Shown here piece by piece: positions 62,096-64,000 of a stretch of 64,000 nt of DNA (position 1 is the stretch's first letter; each line of letters begins with the position of its first letter). The notes under the pieces were generated by a model. That model saw only the letters and a program-made list of their open reading frames with translations, was not told the DNA's origin and did no database searches. This DNA is from Mercenaria mercenaria. Lineage: Eukaryota. The DNA lies in contig NC_069369.1 of the NCBI RefSeq assembly GCF_021730395.1, positions 29,933,250 through 29,997,249 on the forward strand. Reading direction: 5' to 3'. The position numbers were made by a program, and so were the translations under genes.

Positions 62096-64000
62096 GTATG
62101 TTTATACTCTTTGTATGAGGAAATAATGGACATGCTTAATCACATCAACGTCATTTTCATGAAACATGAGAGAACATGATGGAGGCGAGATAACTAGTTT
62201 CTCCACGAAACTGAATGACAACTTACCACTGCGAATAACAAATTACCACTTATTATGCTATAAAAAATATTAAACTTTCAGGATGACATATAATTCATTA
62301 AATATTTAACGTTCATCTTTATACAGCTATCTCATGCTATAGGTACTTGTATGGTGTCTTTATTGTGCTTTATTGTTTAAATACAAAAATCATACATTTC
62401 TGTGTTTTGTTGACTCCAAATGGTATATTAAACATTTTACAACCAAATTTGGACACTCTTACTAAAGACCAGCTGGTACATGTGCGACTGAAAGTGCTGG
62501 AGATTGTTATAAATTCCTTCTCCAAATAAAAATTTCGTATTCAAAGGTATCATATTCAAAAGGTATCTTTTCACAGATTTAAAGACATCTTGGCGTAAAG
62601 ACAAATTACAGACTTATGTCCTGGAACGGAATTTTGTAAAACCGGTTAATATATCAGTGAAGTATGGGTAAAATTGTAATTCAAAAGGTACACTTAAATT
62701 TGAAATCAGAACTTTTTAAAGTATGTTATCATAGTCTTAATATATCAAGAGCGGATGCATCATCACTTGTAAACATCTTACAGTCCTACTTGGGACATCG
62801 GTCAACAGATGCACAATTTTCGGCTCGCTTTAGCTTTATATCAGTAATATTTAAAACAATTGCTGAAGTGGAAGACACTTATGACCGTCAAATTAACCCT
62901 TAGCCTGCTAAGTTTCTAAAATGGACTGGTCAATCTTTCAGTTGGGGCAATACTATTTATTATTCGAAGGGGTGCCACTGAATGAATAGCGAACCGTGCA
63001 GACCATGATCAGCCTGCACGGCACGGATGTTCAGGCTGATCTTGGCCTGCACTGGTCACAAAGGCAGAATCACTTGCCGCCAGCGGCAAAAAGATAAAAG
63101 ACTATGAATATGGCCATATTGCTGTTATAATCTACAAATTCAAAGATTACTGGTACATGTACATGCTCACTCTCAAACATGTTTCTGTTGTCATTAATAA
63201 ATGAAACAAGAAATATCTTTTAAAAAAGATGCTCGGCGCAGTGTAGTTGGGAATAGGCTGTATAAATTTGAAGAGTTTTCCCATGAAAAACTTGACTCTG
63301 AAGGTTTGTTATTATGAAAGGGGTCCATAAAGAAATGAAAGAAAAAAATATGTCCAAAACTGGAAATGTGGTAAGTGTTTGAAGGTCAAGGTGAAATGTT
63401 TATACATAAATGTGAATGGCTTGATCTACCTGTCCACAATGAAAAAAATGACGAAAACGGTTATTTTTATTGCACGAAAGCCATACTCATGTGATTGCCA
63501 TAGCCCATTCTTCCGTAGCTCAACCAAACACGGGCTACCTACTTTCGTTTTAGCCATACCTTTCAGATCTACTCCAAGAATATCGTATTTCAGATTAAAA
63601 TCATCTGCAATGGTTCTTTTCTACAGCTGAACATCAAACGAGAAAAAAATACTTGCACGAAAATGGATATAGAGAAGTTGGTCACCAGAAACCCGTCTCA
63701 ACCTGGTCGACTTAAATCGATTGCGCATGAAAACCACACCTGTTAATGTAACAAGCAGTATACATGTAATACATACATGTACTAGATATACGGTCGTACA
63801 TAGACATACTTATATATATTTGCTAAATATACTGACCAACACATAACTCAAAAACCGCAAACAATGTCATTCAGCATTTCATTCAGCATTGAACAAGGCA
63901 CAAGTGAAACAATCGAACACTTTCATCCAATTAGCATTTTTCGTGTAGCTAAAAGTACAAATTATCAAGCAATCCGATTTGCCAACTTAGCCGCGTGGTC

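Larger units (their letters stand above)
48556..64000. other. Segmental duplication copy B (runs off the window end)
   Basis: See copy A. The offset is about 35.1 kb at the left edge and about 34.3 kb at the right. Confidence 0.8.

Noticed and set aside
1-64000. Prokaryotic-style features (operons, CRISPR arrays, defence islands, phage modules)
   Set aside because: The sequence has spliced genes with GT-AG introns, SINE/MITE/satellite content and no long uninterrupted ORFs. It is eukaryotic.

Overview
This window is AT-rich eukaryotic DNA (GT-AG introns, SINE-, MITE- and satellite-bearing elements), most plausibly from a bivalve mollusc. The species call is an inference from the repeat landscape alone. 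There are no prokaryotic operons, CRISPR arrays or rRNA/tRNA genes, and I found no prokaryote-style gene system. Most ORFs in the supplied track are spurious; the track also uses GTG/TTG/CTG starts, so many of its 'M' residues are not ATG.

Three things are real and worth attention. (1) Two diverged tandem copies of a roughly 16-kb segment (A about 13440-29760, B about 48556 to the window end) each carry a complete 7-exon minus-strand gene. The gene encodes a signal peptide plus three Ig-like domains. A third, more divergent paralogue lies on the plus strand between them (about 33086-40613), so this is a small IgSF gene cluster. (2) A 4-exon minus-strand gene (1647-9915) encodes a helix-turn-helix plus DDE/rve integrase-core protein of about 406 aa. 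It has canonical splice sites and large repeat-filled introns, making it a candidate host or domesticated integrase. (3) The rest is mobile DNA. There are composite non-autonomous elements with conserved termini around internal satellite arrays (Helentron/HINE-like). There are TTAA-flanked piggyBac-like MITEs with a core palindrome, and a foldback MITE sitting exactly at the duplication boundary. A Tc1-like transposon with a decayed transposase lies in an Ig-gene intron, and a hAT C-terminal remnant lies in the duplicated segment. Copy-specific insertions, a deletion, a tandem amplification and a small inversion separate copies A and B.

All coordinates were read by eye; treat exon boundaries as plus or minus 2 bp.
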